The position numbers and the translations under genes were made by a program. Below, one piece after another: positions 35,950 through 45,282 of a DNA stretch of 64,000 nucleotides. Positions within the stretch are counted from its first letter, which is position 1. Each line of letters starts with the position of its first letter. Source of the DNA: an uncultured Gemmatimonadaceae bacterium (lineage in GTDB: Bacteria; Gemmatimonadota; Gemmatimonadetes; Gemmatimonadales; Gemmatimonadaceae); the NCBI GenBank assembly GCA_963716745.1, contig OY970320.1:320001-384000 (forward strand). The letters are read 5' to 3'. The notes under the pieces are model-generated. The model was not told the DNA's origin, did not search any database, and was given only the letters and a program-made list of their open reading frames with translations.

Positions 35950-35978
35950 AACTTAGCCTCTCGCAAGGCGGTAATCAA
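35950..35978 (-). promoter_or_regulatory. Putative sigma70 promoter of yicC-gmk-rpoZ
   Basis: TTGATT-N17-TAAGTT; the -35 overlaps the upstream TGA stop. Confidence 0.55.
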
Positions 35979-37884
35979 TTCAGGAAGGGCCAGCGCAGGC
36001 CATATGTGAACACTTGGGCCTGCTGCACGTACTGGGGCACGAGTTCGTACGGACGAGGGGTGAGCGCCCAGGTGGCCGTGAAATAGATCGTCGCGTCGAG
36101 GATCCGCACTTCGACGTTCGAGTAGAGCACCGCGCTGTGCACCGCGATCACCGCGTTCGGATCGAGCACCTCCGTCACGCCCGCTGTCGGGAAGAGTACA
36201 TCGGTGCGATACATCGCACCGAACGCGCCCTTGAACCCGAAGTGGCCGGTGGGGAATTTGCTCAGCCAGTCGGTGTCGAGGAACGCCTCGCCGCGCGCCT
36301 GGATCTGCGGGCGGTACCATCCGGGCGTGTTCCAGCGAACCACCCACGCGTTCACGCCGACATCGTCCACCACCTTGCCGCGCACGGAGATCATCGCGCC
36401 GGTCGCCGCGGCGGACGACGCCGATTTGTACGCGGTATCGTACGTCACGAGACCGGGCACCACCGTGGCGTCGCGCTGCATCGCGCCCACCTGGATCCAC
36501 ACCCGGCCAAGCCGCGCCCCGACGGTGACACGGCCCGACACCCCGTTGCCGCCCATGCTGTCGGTGGCGGTCCGGTAGCCGACCGCGCCTTCGAACGCGA
36601 GGAACGATGTTGGATTGATGCGCGCGGAAAGGTCGGTGATCCCGCCGCTGTCCGTCACGTAGTCGGCGAACGCCGAGAGCGAGAGCAGCTTCGTGCCGAA
36701 CGTCGCGCGGCCGGTGTACTCCGTGCTCGTGCCCAGCGGCAGCCAGCGGTACCGCGCCGATCCGCTCAGCTGCGCCGGGCCAAGGTTGATGCCCGCGGCG
36801 CCGATCAGTTGCGTGGCGATCTGCACCGTGCGCAGCGAGTCGGTCGGGAAGTAGGCGATGTTGATGGACCCCGCGAGCTGCTGCTCGATCTGCTGCTGGT
36901 TCGCCGTCACCTGTGCGAACCAGCGGCCGCTGTCCGGCTGTCCGTAGCCCGCGCGGAGAGAACCGAACGAGCGGCTGCCGTTCTCGCCCGGAATGCCCGT
37001 CGCGAGGAACGGATACACATAGATGGGAATATTGCTCGCGATCTGCGGGTCGCGCGTGCCGTTCTCACGCTCCGCCAGTGCGTCCAGGCTCCAGCCGCGT
37101 TTCGCCCAGCCCACCTTCAGCATGAGATCGTTGCTGTTCCCGCCGCCGATCACCACGTCGTTCGTCGTGCCGTACACTTGCCCGCCGAACTGCACGCCCA
37201 TGCCGTTCTGGAAGCGTGTGCCGAAGAAGGCGCGCAGCATGTTCGTGCCAAGATCTCCGGTGACGATGTCGATGCGGGACTGCGTGACGGTGCGCGTGAC
37301 GGTCCACGTTTGCAGGTATACGCGAAGCTCATCGGCACCGCGCTCGAGCGTCAGCTGCTGCACCGACCAGATCGGCACGGTCGCGAGATCGAGCGGACTG
37401 CTCAGGCTGTTGCCGATCGACCATCACCTCCACGCCGTCAAAGAAGATCCGGACGCGCGTGGGATTGCCGAGGTACGCGATGTACTGCGGCGACGCGATC
37501 CATCCCGACTGGAACACCGTGAGCCCGGGGACGCGATTCAACACATCCACCAGCGTGAGCGCGCCCGTGTTGAAGAGCTGCGTGCGATCCCACGTGTACG
37601 ACTCGCCGATCTCGAGCGGGTGCGGCATCTCGGCCTGTGCGAACCGCGCCTCCACCGTGTCCTTCTTCACCTTGAGACTGTCGGCGGTGGTGTCCTTCGC
37701 GGCGGTATCGCGCGGCACCGCGGCGGGCTCGGCGGGATTGATGGATGGCGGCGCCGGCGCCGGCGCCGGAGGCGGGACTACGGGAGGCGGAATTACCGGC
37801 GTGCCCTGCGCGCGGCGCAGCGCCGGGAATGAGGAACGCGCCAAGGAGCAACAGACCCGCGGCCGATCGCCGCAGGCGGTGCAT
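35975..37884 (-). CDS. Outer-membrane beta-barrel protein with TonB-plug-like N-terminus (two apparent frameshifts at ~37815 and ~37416)
   Basis: Signal peptide MHRLRRSAAGLLLLGAFLIPGAA, then a Pro-rich linker, a plug-like segment (LVDVLNRVPGL...FFDGVE...LDLATVP) and alternating beta strands ending YGLRWPFLN; stitched from three frames. Confidence 0.65.
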
Positions 37885-37889
37885 CTCGT

Positions 37890-39365
37890 TCAGCCGGCCC
37901 TCCCTCGCACGAATTCCACGAAGAATCCAACGGGCACACCGGTCGGTCCCTTCGGCAGCCACGTGAGATCGCTCTCCGAATACGCGGTGCCGGCCACGTC
38001 CAAATGCACCCACGGATATTCCTCGGTGAACTCCTTCAGGAACATGCCCGCGGTGCTCGCGCCGGCGGGGCGGCCGCCGGAATTCTTGATGTCGGCGACG
38101 TCGCTCTTGATGAGTTCCTTGTACTCATCGAACAGCGGGAGGTGCCAGCCCATCTCGCCCGCGCGCTTGCCGGCGGCGATCACTTCCTGCACGAGCTTCT
38201 CATCGTTCCCCATCACGCCGCTCGCGGTGTAGCCGAGCGCGATGACGCACGCGCCGGTGAGCGTCGCGGCATCCACCACCGCCGCGGGCGTGAAGCGGCG
38301 CGCGTAGCTCAGCACGTCGGCGAGGACGAGACGGCCCTCGGCGTCGGTATTGATGATCTCGATGTACTTGCCCAGTTGACTGCGCACCACATCGCCCGGC
38401 TTCACCGCCGTGCCGCTCGGCATGTTCGTGGTCGCGCCAACGAGGCCTACGACGTTCACGGGCAGGTTCAGCCGGCCGATCGTCTCCATCGCGCCGAGCA
38501 CGCCGGCGCCGCCGCACATGTCGAACTTCATGTACTCCATCTTGTCGGCGGGCTTGATCGAGATGCCGCCGGTGTCGAAGCAGAGGCCCTTCCCTACGAG
38601 CACCACCGGCTTGCCGCCCTTGGGGCCTTTGCGATGCTCGAGCACGATGAGCTTGGGATCCTGCTCCGGCATCCCCTGCGCGACGCACAGGAAGGATCCC
38701 ATCTTCTCCTTCTCCATTTCGGCGCGCCCGAGGATCGTGACCGCCATGCCATGACGTTTCGCGATCTCGCGGCCCGTGTCGGCGAGATACTCGGGCGTGC
38801 AGAGATTGCCCGGCATCATCGCGAGGCGCCGCGCGAGGGAGATCCCTTCACCGAAGGCTTCGCCGCTCGCGACGGCTTTGGCGGCGTCGCCGCCCGCGAT
38901 GATCACCGCGCTCTCGAGATTCGCGCGGCGGTCGGCTTCGGGGGGCGGTGTCTTGGTCTCGGTGAATTCCCAAGCGCCCATCTGGATGCCGACGGTCACG
39001 GCCTCGATCGAGGCGCCGGCAGCGGAGCCGTCGTACCACGCGAGCGATGTCGCGCCGGCAGCGCGTGCTTGGCGCGCAGCGATCGCGGCGGCGCGGCGCA
39101 GCGCGGCGGTGGGATCGGTGGGCGTTCCCATGCCGACGAGCACGATGCGCTGCGGTCCGGTCTTTGCGCCGACGAGATGGAACACTTCGTCGCGCCCGCC
39201 GCGAAAATCGCGACGAGCGATCGACCGCTCCAACGCGCCGCCGAGCGCCGCGTCGAGCGCGGTGAGTGGGCCGGCGATCGTGGCGCCGGCCGGCAGCGCG
39301 ATGGCGAGCATGGCAACATCCAGCGACGCGAGATCGGCTTGGCGCGCGGAGAGGCGAAGCGGCAT
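37890..39365 (-). CDS. pepA: Leucyl aminopeptidase (M17)
   Basis: VGKGLCFDTGGISIK, MKFDMCG, NTDAEGRL and HLDVAG. Confidence 0.95.
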   Translation of the reverse strand: MPLRLSARQADLASLDVAMLAIALPAGATIAGPLTALDAALGGALERSIARRDFRGGRDEVFHLVGAKTGPQRIVLVGMGTPTDPTAALRRAAAIAARQARAAGATSLAWYDGSAAGASIEAVTVGIQMGAWEFTETKTPPPEADRRANLESAVIIAGGDAAKAVASGEAFGEGISLARRLAMMPGNLCTPEYLADTGREIAKRHGMAVTILGRAEMEKEKMGSFLCVAQGMPEQDPKLIVLEHRKGPKGGKPVVLVGKGLCFDTGGISIKPADKMEYMKFDMCGGAGVLGAMETIGRLNLPVNVVGLVGATTNMPSGTAVKPGDVVRSQLGKYIEIINTDAEGRLVLADVLSYARRFTPAAVVDAATLTGACVIALGYTASGVMGNDEKLVQEVIAAGKRAGEMGWHLPLFDEYKELIKSDVADIKNSGGRPAGASTAGMFLKEFTEEYPWVHLDVAGTAYSESDLTWLPKGPTGVPVGFFVEFVRGRAG

Positions 39366-39427
39366 TGTGCGAAGCTCCGTGCGGAGAAGTGCCGGCGGGG
39401 CGCGCCGGCGTGTGACTCTGGAGAGAA

Positions 39428-39511
39428 TACCCGAGGCGGGAATCGAACCCGCAAGGCCGTGAAGCCGGGGGATTTTGAGTCCCCTGCGTCTACCAATTCC
39501 GCCACCCGGGC
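39428..39511 (-). tRNA. tRNA-Leu(CAA), CCA not encoded
   Basis: Minus strand GCCCGGGTGGCGGAATTGGTAGACGCAGGGGA-CT CAA AA-TCCCC...GGGTTCGATTCCC GCCTCGGGTA; folds as a cloverleaf with a long variable arm. Confidence 0.95.
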
Positions 39512-39533
39512 AGGGTACGTACCGCGCCAGAGA

Positions 39534-39562
39534 ATTCTATCGCATTGCGCGTTCCACGTCCA
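39534..39562 (-). promoter_or_regulatory. Putative promoter of tRNA-Leu/pepA
   Basis: TGGACG-N17-TAGAAT. Confidence 0.45.
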
Positions 39563-39683
39563 ACACCGTCGCACCGTGTTTTAGCCATAGCGGTGACCAA
39601 CGTCGCGGCGTGCGAGCTTGACAGTGGCCTCCTGCGACACGCAGTCTCGTTCGTCGTCTGCGACTACACCTGCGAGAGGCTCC

Positions 39684-40433
39684 ATGGTTCGTCCACCGAT
39701 CGCCCCTATGCTGCTCGCCGGCGCGATCCTGTGCGCCTCGCTGCTCGCCGTCGCGTGCAAGGCAGAATCGAAGCCCGCGGTTTCGGCCGCGCGCGCGGGG
39801 CTGCCCGCGGCCGAGACTCGCGTCACTGTCGACGCGAAAGCGGATTCATCGCGGACGGCGAGCGCTCAGGGGTCGAGCGAGGATTCATACGGCCCGAACC
39901 CAGACAGAATTCTCGATCCAGAATCGAACGCAGCGTTCGACACGCTTTCGGTACTGCCACGCGTCGGGCCCGTGGCCGGTCGCTATTTCCTGGTTGCGCG
40001 ACGCGGAGAGCAGCTTGGCGACGACTCCGCCACGGCGTTTAGTAACCTGGAGCCGGAAGAGAGATGCGCCGTATGGGACACCTACGGTGAGATCGTGGTG
40101 CGCGCGGATGGACACTTCACCGAGAGAGACTCGACGGCGAAGTACTGCAAGGGCGCGAGTGCCACCTACGTCCGCAGCGCGACACAGGACTCGGGCCAGT
40201 TCAAGTGTACGCAGTCGGACTATTCTGCGAAGGATGCGCCCCAGTACTCGTGTCGAGGCAGCGTGAGGATCTTTGGACCGTTCGGGGTGTGGGTCACCAC
40301 GTTCGACCTCGCCGGCGACACCGTGAACATCCATGGCGACTGCGACGACCGCTACATGTACGTGTTGCGAGAACGCGCACCAGACACTCAACAACTCGCA
40401 CTGCACACCCCGGAGACGAACGCGGACTGCTAG
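39684..40433 (+). CDS. Hypothetical exported/lipoprotein, Cys-containing beta-rich
   Basis: Hydrophobic signal ending LAVAC; no recognisable family; fills the gap between the tRNA and a convergent gene. Confidence 0.55.
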   Translation: MVRPPIAPMLLAGAILCASLLAVACKAESKPAVSAARAGLPAAETRVTVDAKADSSRTASAQGSSEDSYGPNPDRILDPESNAAFDTLSVLPRVGPVAGRYFLVARRGEQLGDDSATAFSNLEPEERCAVWDTYGEIVVRADGHFTERDSTAKYCKGASATYVRSATQDSGQFKCTQSDYSAKDAPQYSCRGSVRIFGPFGVWVTTFDLAGDTVNIHGDCDDRYMYVLRERAPDTQQLALHTPETNADC

Positions 40434-40439
40434 CGCCTG

Positions 40440-40979
40440 CTACTGCTGCGGCGGCGCTGCCTGCGGCGGCGGCTGACGGCGCTGTCCGCGCCCCTGCCCA
40501 TTCCCGCCGCCCTGCCCCTGCATGTTCGCCAGTCGCTTGCGCACCTGTTCCTGTATCCCGAGGTACTGCGCCCGCTGACTCGGCGTGAGGAACGCCGAGA
40601 GATCCTTCTGCTCGCTCTGCAATATCGCGAGCCGCTGCTGCTGCACGCCGATCATCTGATCGAGCAGCCGCGCGATGAGCTTCTGATCGGCTTGATCGCC
40701 GCGGATCACTTCGGCGCGAATGGTGATGCGCAATTCGCGCTCCTGTTGCAGCAGGAGGAATCGCTTCTGCTCGTATTTGCGATTCACGGCGCCGAGCAGC
40801 ACCAGCTGTGAATCGGTGAGATTGAGCTGCCGCTTCACGATCTGTCCCAGCCGCTGACGGAATTGTGAATTGCCGGGGTCAGGCGCCGCGCCCGAGTCAC
40901 CGGTCTGTGCGCCAAGCGGCGCCACGAGGGCGCCGCCGAGTACGATGAGCGTGATCGCGTGCCGCATAGTTCGGATCAT
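40440..40979 (-). CDS. Periplasmic Spy/CpxP-like (LTxxQ) protein
   Basis: Signal peptide, LNLTDSQ and FLTPSQRAQY motifs, Gln-rich helices; ATG overlaps the anti-sigma stop. Confidence 0.75.
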   Translation of the reverse strand: MIRTMRHAITLIVLGGALVAPLGAQTGDSGAAPDPGNSQFRQRLGQIVKRQLNLTDSQLVLLGAVNRKYEQKRFLLLQQERELRITIRAEVIRGDQADQKLIARLLDQMIGVQQQRLAILQSEQKDLSAFLTPSQRAQYLGIQEQVRKRLANMQGQGGGNGQGRGQRRQPPPQAAPPQQ

Positions 40980-41563
40980 TGCGTACTCCCAAGATCGATG
41001 ACCGCTTCCGGCTCCGCGTCGGGTGCCGGCGCGCTCCTCTCCAGATCGCTGAGCAACGCGTTCGCCTGCGCGGGCGAGAGTTCCTCGCCGCCGCCGAAAC
41101 TGAGCCCCACGGGTGCAGGCGCCGCCGCCGGGGGCGATACGACAGGTACAGCCGCCGGCGCCTGTTGCATTGGGTGCGAGTAGATCTGCGAAGGGCCCGT
41201 CGCGACCTGCGCCGGCCGAACGCGACCAACATAGTAGCCCGTCGCTCCCACCACCACGAACAGCACGGCCGCCGCCACGCGCCATACGTACTGCGGCAGC
41301 GGACGCGGCATCTGCGCCAGCTCGGGCCGCGTCTTCGGCACCGGGCGCGCGGCCTTCGCCGCCGTCACGATGCGCTGCACATCCACCGCCGGCGCGTGCG
41401 TCGCGATCGCCGCGCTCATCGAGCGTAGAAGCGCCACCTCGGCGCGGCATTCCGCGCAACCGGTGAGATGCGCCTCGACGCGCGCGCGCTCCGCGCTTCC
41501 GAGCGTGCCATGCACGTACTCGGGCAACCGGTCGCGGATCTCGTTCTGCAGGCAGTCGGTCAT
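40976..41563 (-). CDS. Zinc-finger (HxxxCxxC) membrane anti-sigma factor
   Basis: HLTGCAEC, one TM segment (WRVAAAVLFVVVGATG), directly downstream of the ECF sigma. Confidence 0.88.
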   Translation of the reverse strand: MTDCLQNEIRDRLPEYVHGTLGSAERARVEAHLTGCAECRAEVALLRSMSAAIATHAPAVDVQRIVTAAKAARPVPKTRPELAQMPRPLPQYVWRVAAAVLFVVVGATGYYVGRVRPAQVATGPSQIYSHPMQQAPAAVPVVSPPAAAPAPVGLSFGGGEELSPAQANALLSDLERSAPAPDAEPEAVIDLGSTQ

Positions 41564-42111
41564 GTGAGCAACTCCTTGATCGTGCGCATCGCGTTGTGAT
41601 AGTGCACTCGGGCGGCGCCCTCGCTGCTCCCCAACACGGTCGCGATATCCTTGTACGACATCCCCTCGGCCACGCGCAAGGTGAAGACTTCGCGCTGCAT
41701 CGGAGTGAGCTTTCCCACGGCGTCCATCATCCGGCCTTCCGTCTCCTCGGCCACCGAGTCGTCCAATGCGTCGTGCCCGGTCACCGCGTGCTGCTCTTCG
41801 ATCTCCACCATCTTCCGCTCGAACTTGAGACTGCGAACTCTATCCCTCACGAGGTTCCGCGCGATCGTGCAAAGCCAGGTTCGCAGCGCACTGTCCCCCC
41901 GAAAACTTTCCAGACTCCCAAAGGCCCGGATGAAGGTGTCCTGCACGACATCTTCGACATCTTCCCGCACGCCGATGCTCGCGACATAGCGCGAGAGCGA
42001 CGGCGCATGGCGCTCCACCAGCAGCGTTGCGGCCCGTTCGTCCCCGGCCTGCCAGCGCGCGATCAGCACGCTGTCGTCCGGATCGTCCGGCGATCGGGTG
42101 GGTTGGGTCAT
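41560..42111 (-). CDS. ECF RNA polymerase sigma factor
   Basis: EDVVQDTFIRA, FRGDSALRTWLCTIARN and LTPMQREVFTLRVAEGMSYKDIA. Confidence 0.93.
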   Translation of the reverse strand: MTQPTRSPDDPDDSVLIARWQAGDERAATLLVERHAPSLSRYVASIGVREDVEDVVQDTFIRAFGSLESFRGDSALRTWLCTIARNLVRDRVRSLKFERKMVEIEEQHAVTGHDALDDSVAEETEGRMMDAVGKLTPMQREVFTLRVAEGMSYKDIATVLGSSEGAARVHYHNAMRTIKELLT

Positions 42112-42159
42112 GCCGTCACGGTATGAGACGCCAAGCCCGGCCTAACGTTAAGGCCAATC

Positions 42160-42188
42160 TTGACGGTCTTTCCCCCGCCCCATAGGTT
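42160..42188 (+). promoter_or_regulatory. Putative sigma70 promoter of the TetR gene
   Basis: TTGACG-N17-TAGGTT; RBS GGAGG at 42217-42221. Confidence 0.65.
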
Positions 42189-42193
42189 GAATC

Positions 42194-42207
42194 CGAACGG
42201 TCGTTCG
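42194..42207. promoter_or_regulatory. Palindromic TetR operator (PaaR-like)
   Basis: Perfect inverted repeat CGAACG-GT-CGTTCG over the predicted transcription start. Confidence 0.65.
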
Positions 42208-42225
42208 AAGCCATTCGGAGGCTAT

Positions 42226-42849
42226 TTGGCGATAGCGAACAAGGACCAGAAGCTGGATGCCCTCCTCTCCGCGGCCGCCCGGGTGTTCGCCGAGCGCGGA
42301 TACCATCAGACGAGCATGCGCGACCTGGCGCGGGCGAGCGGAGTGTCACTGGCGGGCCTCTACTATTATGTGGAGAGCAAGGAGGAACTGCTCTTCCTGA
42401 TCCAGCAGCGCAATTTCGAGCGGGTGATCGCCGGGATGCGCGAGAGCCTCGCCGGGACCACGGACCCGGTTGATCGGCTGATGAAATTCATCGACAATCA
42501 CCTGGATTACTTCGCCTCGCACATGGCGGAGATGAAGGTGCTCTCGCACGAGGCCGGCGCCCTGTCCGGGGAGCCCCTGCACATCGTGAACGAGATGAAG
42601 AGCGAGTACACCCGCGCTCTCATGGACATACTCGCGGGCATCGAGGAAACACATGGCCCGGCGCATGCCAACCGGCGCGTCGCGGCGTATTCGCTGTTCG
42701 GCATGATGAACTGGATCTACAACTGGTACGACCCGCTGGGCGACCTCGGCGTGGAGCTGCTGGCGCAGAACGTGTGCCGGATCTTCTTGGGCGGATATGT
42801 AGGGCTCCCGGTGGCGATCTCGTCTCTGCCCCGCACGTCCGCCGGGTGA
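42226..42849 (+). CDS. TetR/AcrR family regulator (PaaR/KstR2-like, acyl-CoA-sensing type)
   Basis: HTH AAARVFAERGYHQTSMRDLARASGVSLAGLYYYVESKEELL; C-terminal LFGMMNWIYNWY; TTG start after GGAGG. Confidence 0.92.
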   Translation: MAIANKDQKLDALLSAAARVFAERGYHQTSMRDLARASGVSLAGLYYYVESKEELLFLIQQRNFERVIAGMRESLAGTTDPVDRLMKFIDNHLDYFASHMAEMKVLSHEAGALSGEPLHIVNEMKSEYTRALMDILAGIEETHGPAHANRRVAAYSLFGMMNWIYNWYDPLGDLGVELLAQNVCRIFLGGYVGLPVAISSLPRTSAG

Positions 42850-42863
42850 GTGGACTCCTCTCA

Positions 42864-42944
42864 ATCTTGTTAATCCTGTCAGATGCTCTTCCCATTCACT
42901 ACGAAAAACTGCTTTGACAGGATTGACATGATGAACAACATGAT
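42864..42944. repeat. Inverted repeat made of 9-nt periodic units
   Basis: ATCTTGTTAATCCTGTCA (42864-42881) vs TGACAGGATTGACATGAT (42915-42932), 16/18 complementary; units TTGACAGGA/TTGACATGA. Confidence 0.65.
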
Positions 42945-42996
42945 GGGAATGGCACTGACTCACGGCTAACGTCTCACTCATTTTCAAGGAAAGACT

Positions 42997-43809
42997 ATGA
43001 CTGCCACCATGAATGAAAAAGCCGCCGCGACGCTCGTCACCTACCGCAAGGAAGGCAATATCGCGGTGTTCGAGCTGAACGATCCGCCGGCGAACACGTA
43101 CACGCACGAGATGATGCGCCAGCTCGATGAGTGCATCATCAAGGCGCGCTTCGACAACGATGTGCAGGTGATCATCCTGCGCGGCGCGGGCGAGAAATTC
43201 TTCTCGGCCGGCGCGAACATCAACATGCTGAACACCGTGGACCCGGTGTTCAAGTACTACTTCTGCCTGCACGCGAACGAGACGCTGAGCCGGCTGGAGC
43301 AGACGCCGAAGCTCGTGATCGCCGCGCTCAACGGCCACTGCGTGGGCGGCGGACTCGAGATCGCAATGGCGGCGGACATCCGCCTCGCGCGGCAGGACGC
43401 TGGCAAGATCGGACTCCCCGAAGTGAACCTCGGCGTGCTCCCGGGCACGGGCGGCACGCAGCGGCTGCTCCGCATCGTGGGCAAGTCGAAGGCGATCGAA
43501 CTGATGGTCACCGGCCGCACGTTCAGCTTCGAGGAAGCGCAAACGATGGGGATCGTGAACGAAGTGTTCCCCAAGGATGAGTTCTGGGAGAGCGTGATGC
43601 TCTACGCCAAGCAGTTCACGCTGCCCGGGAAGGCTGCGATGGCCGTGGGCCACATCAAGCGCGCCGTGCAGAGCGGCGGCGAAGTGCCGCTCGAGTACGG
43701 GCTGGCGATGGAGCGCGAGCTTCAGAGCCTCCTCTTCAAGAGCGGCGATGCGAAGGAAGGCATGGCCGCGTACGTCGAGAAGCGGCAGCCGAACTTCAAG
43801 GGGAAGTGA
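42997..43809 (+). CDS. Crotonase-family protein resembling the N-terminal catalytic domain of BoxC
   Basis: SAGANINML...KYYFCLHANET, NGHCVGGGLE and GLPEVNLGVLPGTGG. Confidence 0.85.
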   Translation: MTATMNEKAAATLVTYRKEGNIAVFELNDPPANTYTHEMMRQLDECIIKARFDNDVQVIILRGAGEKFFSAGANINMLNTVDPVFKYYFCLHANETLSRLEQTPKLVIAALNGHCVGGGLEIAMAADIRLARQDAGKIGLPEVNLGVLPGTGGTQRLLRIVGKSKAIELMVTGRTFSFEEAQTMGIVNEVFPKDEFWESVMLYAKQFTLPGKAAMAVGHIKRAVQSGGEVPLEYGLAMERELQSLLFKSGDAKEGMAAYVEKRQPNFKGK

Positions 43810-45282
43810 GCGCCGCGGTGACCGCCGCCGCGGAGCGGTTCCCGACGCAGCTAGTGATCGGCGGCGAGCGGGTGGATGCCGCCGGCGGCCGCACGTTCGA
43901 CGTGGAGAACCCGGCCACCGAGGAGATCATCGCGCAGGTGGCCGAGGGCGACGCGGTCCGACGTGGACCGCGCCGTCGCGAGCGCGCGCGCGACCTTCGA
44001 GAGCGACGGCTGGCGCAAGATGAGCGCGCGCCAGCGCGGTGCGGCGGTCTCGAAGCTCGGCGAGTTGATCGCGCAGCATGCCGACGAACTCGCGCGACTC
44101 GAGACGCTGAACAACGGCAAGCCGCTCTTCGAGTCGCACATCGATGTGCGGCTCACGGCCGACACGTTCAAGTATTATGGCGGCTGGGCGGACAAGATCC
44201 ACGGGGAAACGATCCCGGTGGACGGCAACTATCTCAACTACACCCTGCGCGAGCCGCTCGGCGTGATCGGCGCGATCACGCCGTGGAATTTCCCGATGTC
44301 GCTTGCGGCGTGGAAGCTCGCGCCGGCACTCGCATGCGGGAATACGATCGTGCTCAAGCCGGCGACGCAGACGCCGTTCACGGCGATTCGCATGGCGGAA
44401 TTGGCGCTGGAGGCCGGACTGCCCGCGGGCGCGTTCAATTGCGTGCCCGGCCAGGGGAAAGCGGCGGGCATGGCGCTCGTGCGACATCCCGACGTGGACA
44501 AGATCGCGTTCACGGGGAGCACGGAAGTCGGCAAGATGGTGATGCGCGAGGCCGCGAGCACCGTGAAGAAGTTGTCGCTCGAGCTGGGCGGCAAGTCGCC
44601 CGAATATCGTCTATGCCGATGCCGACCTCGACGCCGCGGCGCGCGGTGCGCTCACCGGCATCTTCTACGGCAAGGGCGAAGTGTGCGCCGCCGGTTCGCG
44701 GCTGCTCGTGGAGGACACGATCCGCGAGGAACTCACGGCCAAGATCCTGCGAGCGCGCCAAGAAGATGGTCGCGGGCGATCCGCTCAATCCCAAGACGCG
44801 CCTGGGCGCGATCGTCTCGCGCGCCGCAGATGGAAAGCGTGCTCGGCTACATCAAGAAGGGCCGCGACGAGGGCGCGCAGTTGCTCTCGGGCGGCGAACG
44901 CACGCCAGTGAACGGCAAGGGCTACTTCGTTCAGCCGACGATCTTCGGCGGCGTGGAATCGAAGATGACCATCGCGCGCGAGGAGATCTTCGGCCCGGTG
45001 CTGGCGATGATGCAGTTCAGCGGCGGCTTCGACGGCGCGACCGCGCTCGCGAACGACACGATCTACGGTCTCGCCGCCGGCATCTGGACGCGCGACGTGG
45101 GCAAGGCGCTCCGCACCGCGCGCGCCGTGCGCGCGGGCACGGTGTGGGTGAACACCTACAACATCTACGACGCCGCGTCGCCGTTCGGCGGCTACAAGCA
45201 GAGCGGCTTCGGGCGCGAACTCGGCATGTACGCGATCGACGGCTACACGCAGATCAAGTCGGTGTGGGTGGATCTCTCGTGA
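43806..45282 (+). CDS. NAD(P)-dependent aldehyde dehydrogenase (four apparent frameshifts at ~43955, ~44600, ~44750 and ~44825)
   Basis: NPAT, ITPWNFP, FTGSTEVG, LELGGKSP, GEVCAAGSR, EEIFGPV and PFGGYKQSGFGRE, spread over three frames. Confidence 0.92.

Noticed and set aside
39428..40433. Genomic island integrated at tRNA-Leu
   Set aside because: No integrase, no duplicated tRNA 3' end, and the housekeeping gene pepA lies directly at the tRNA 3' side.
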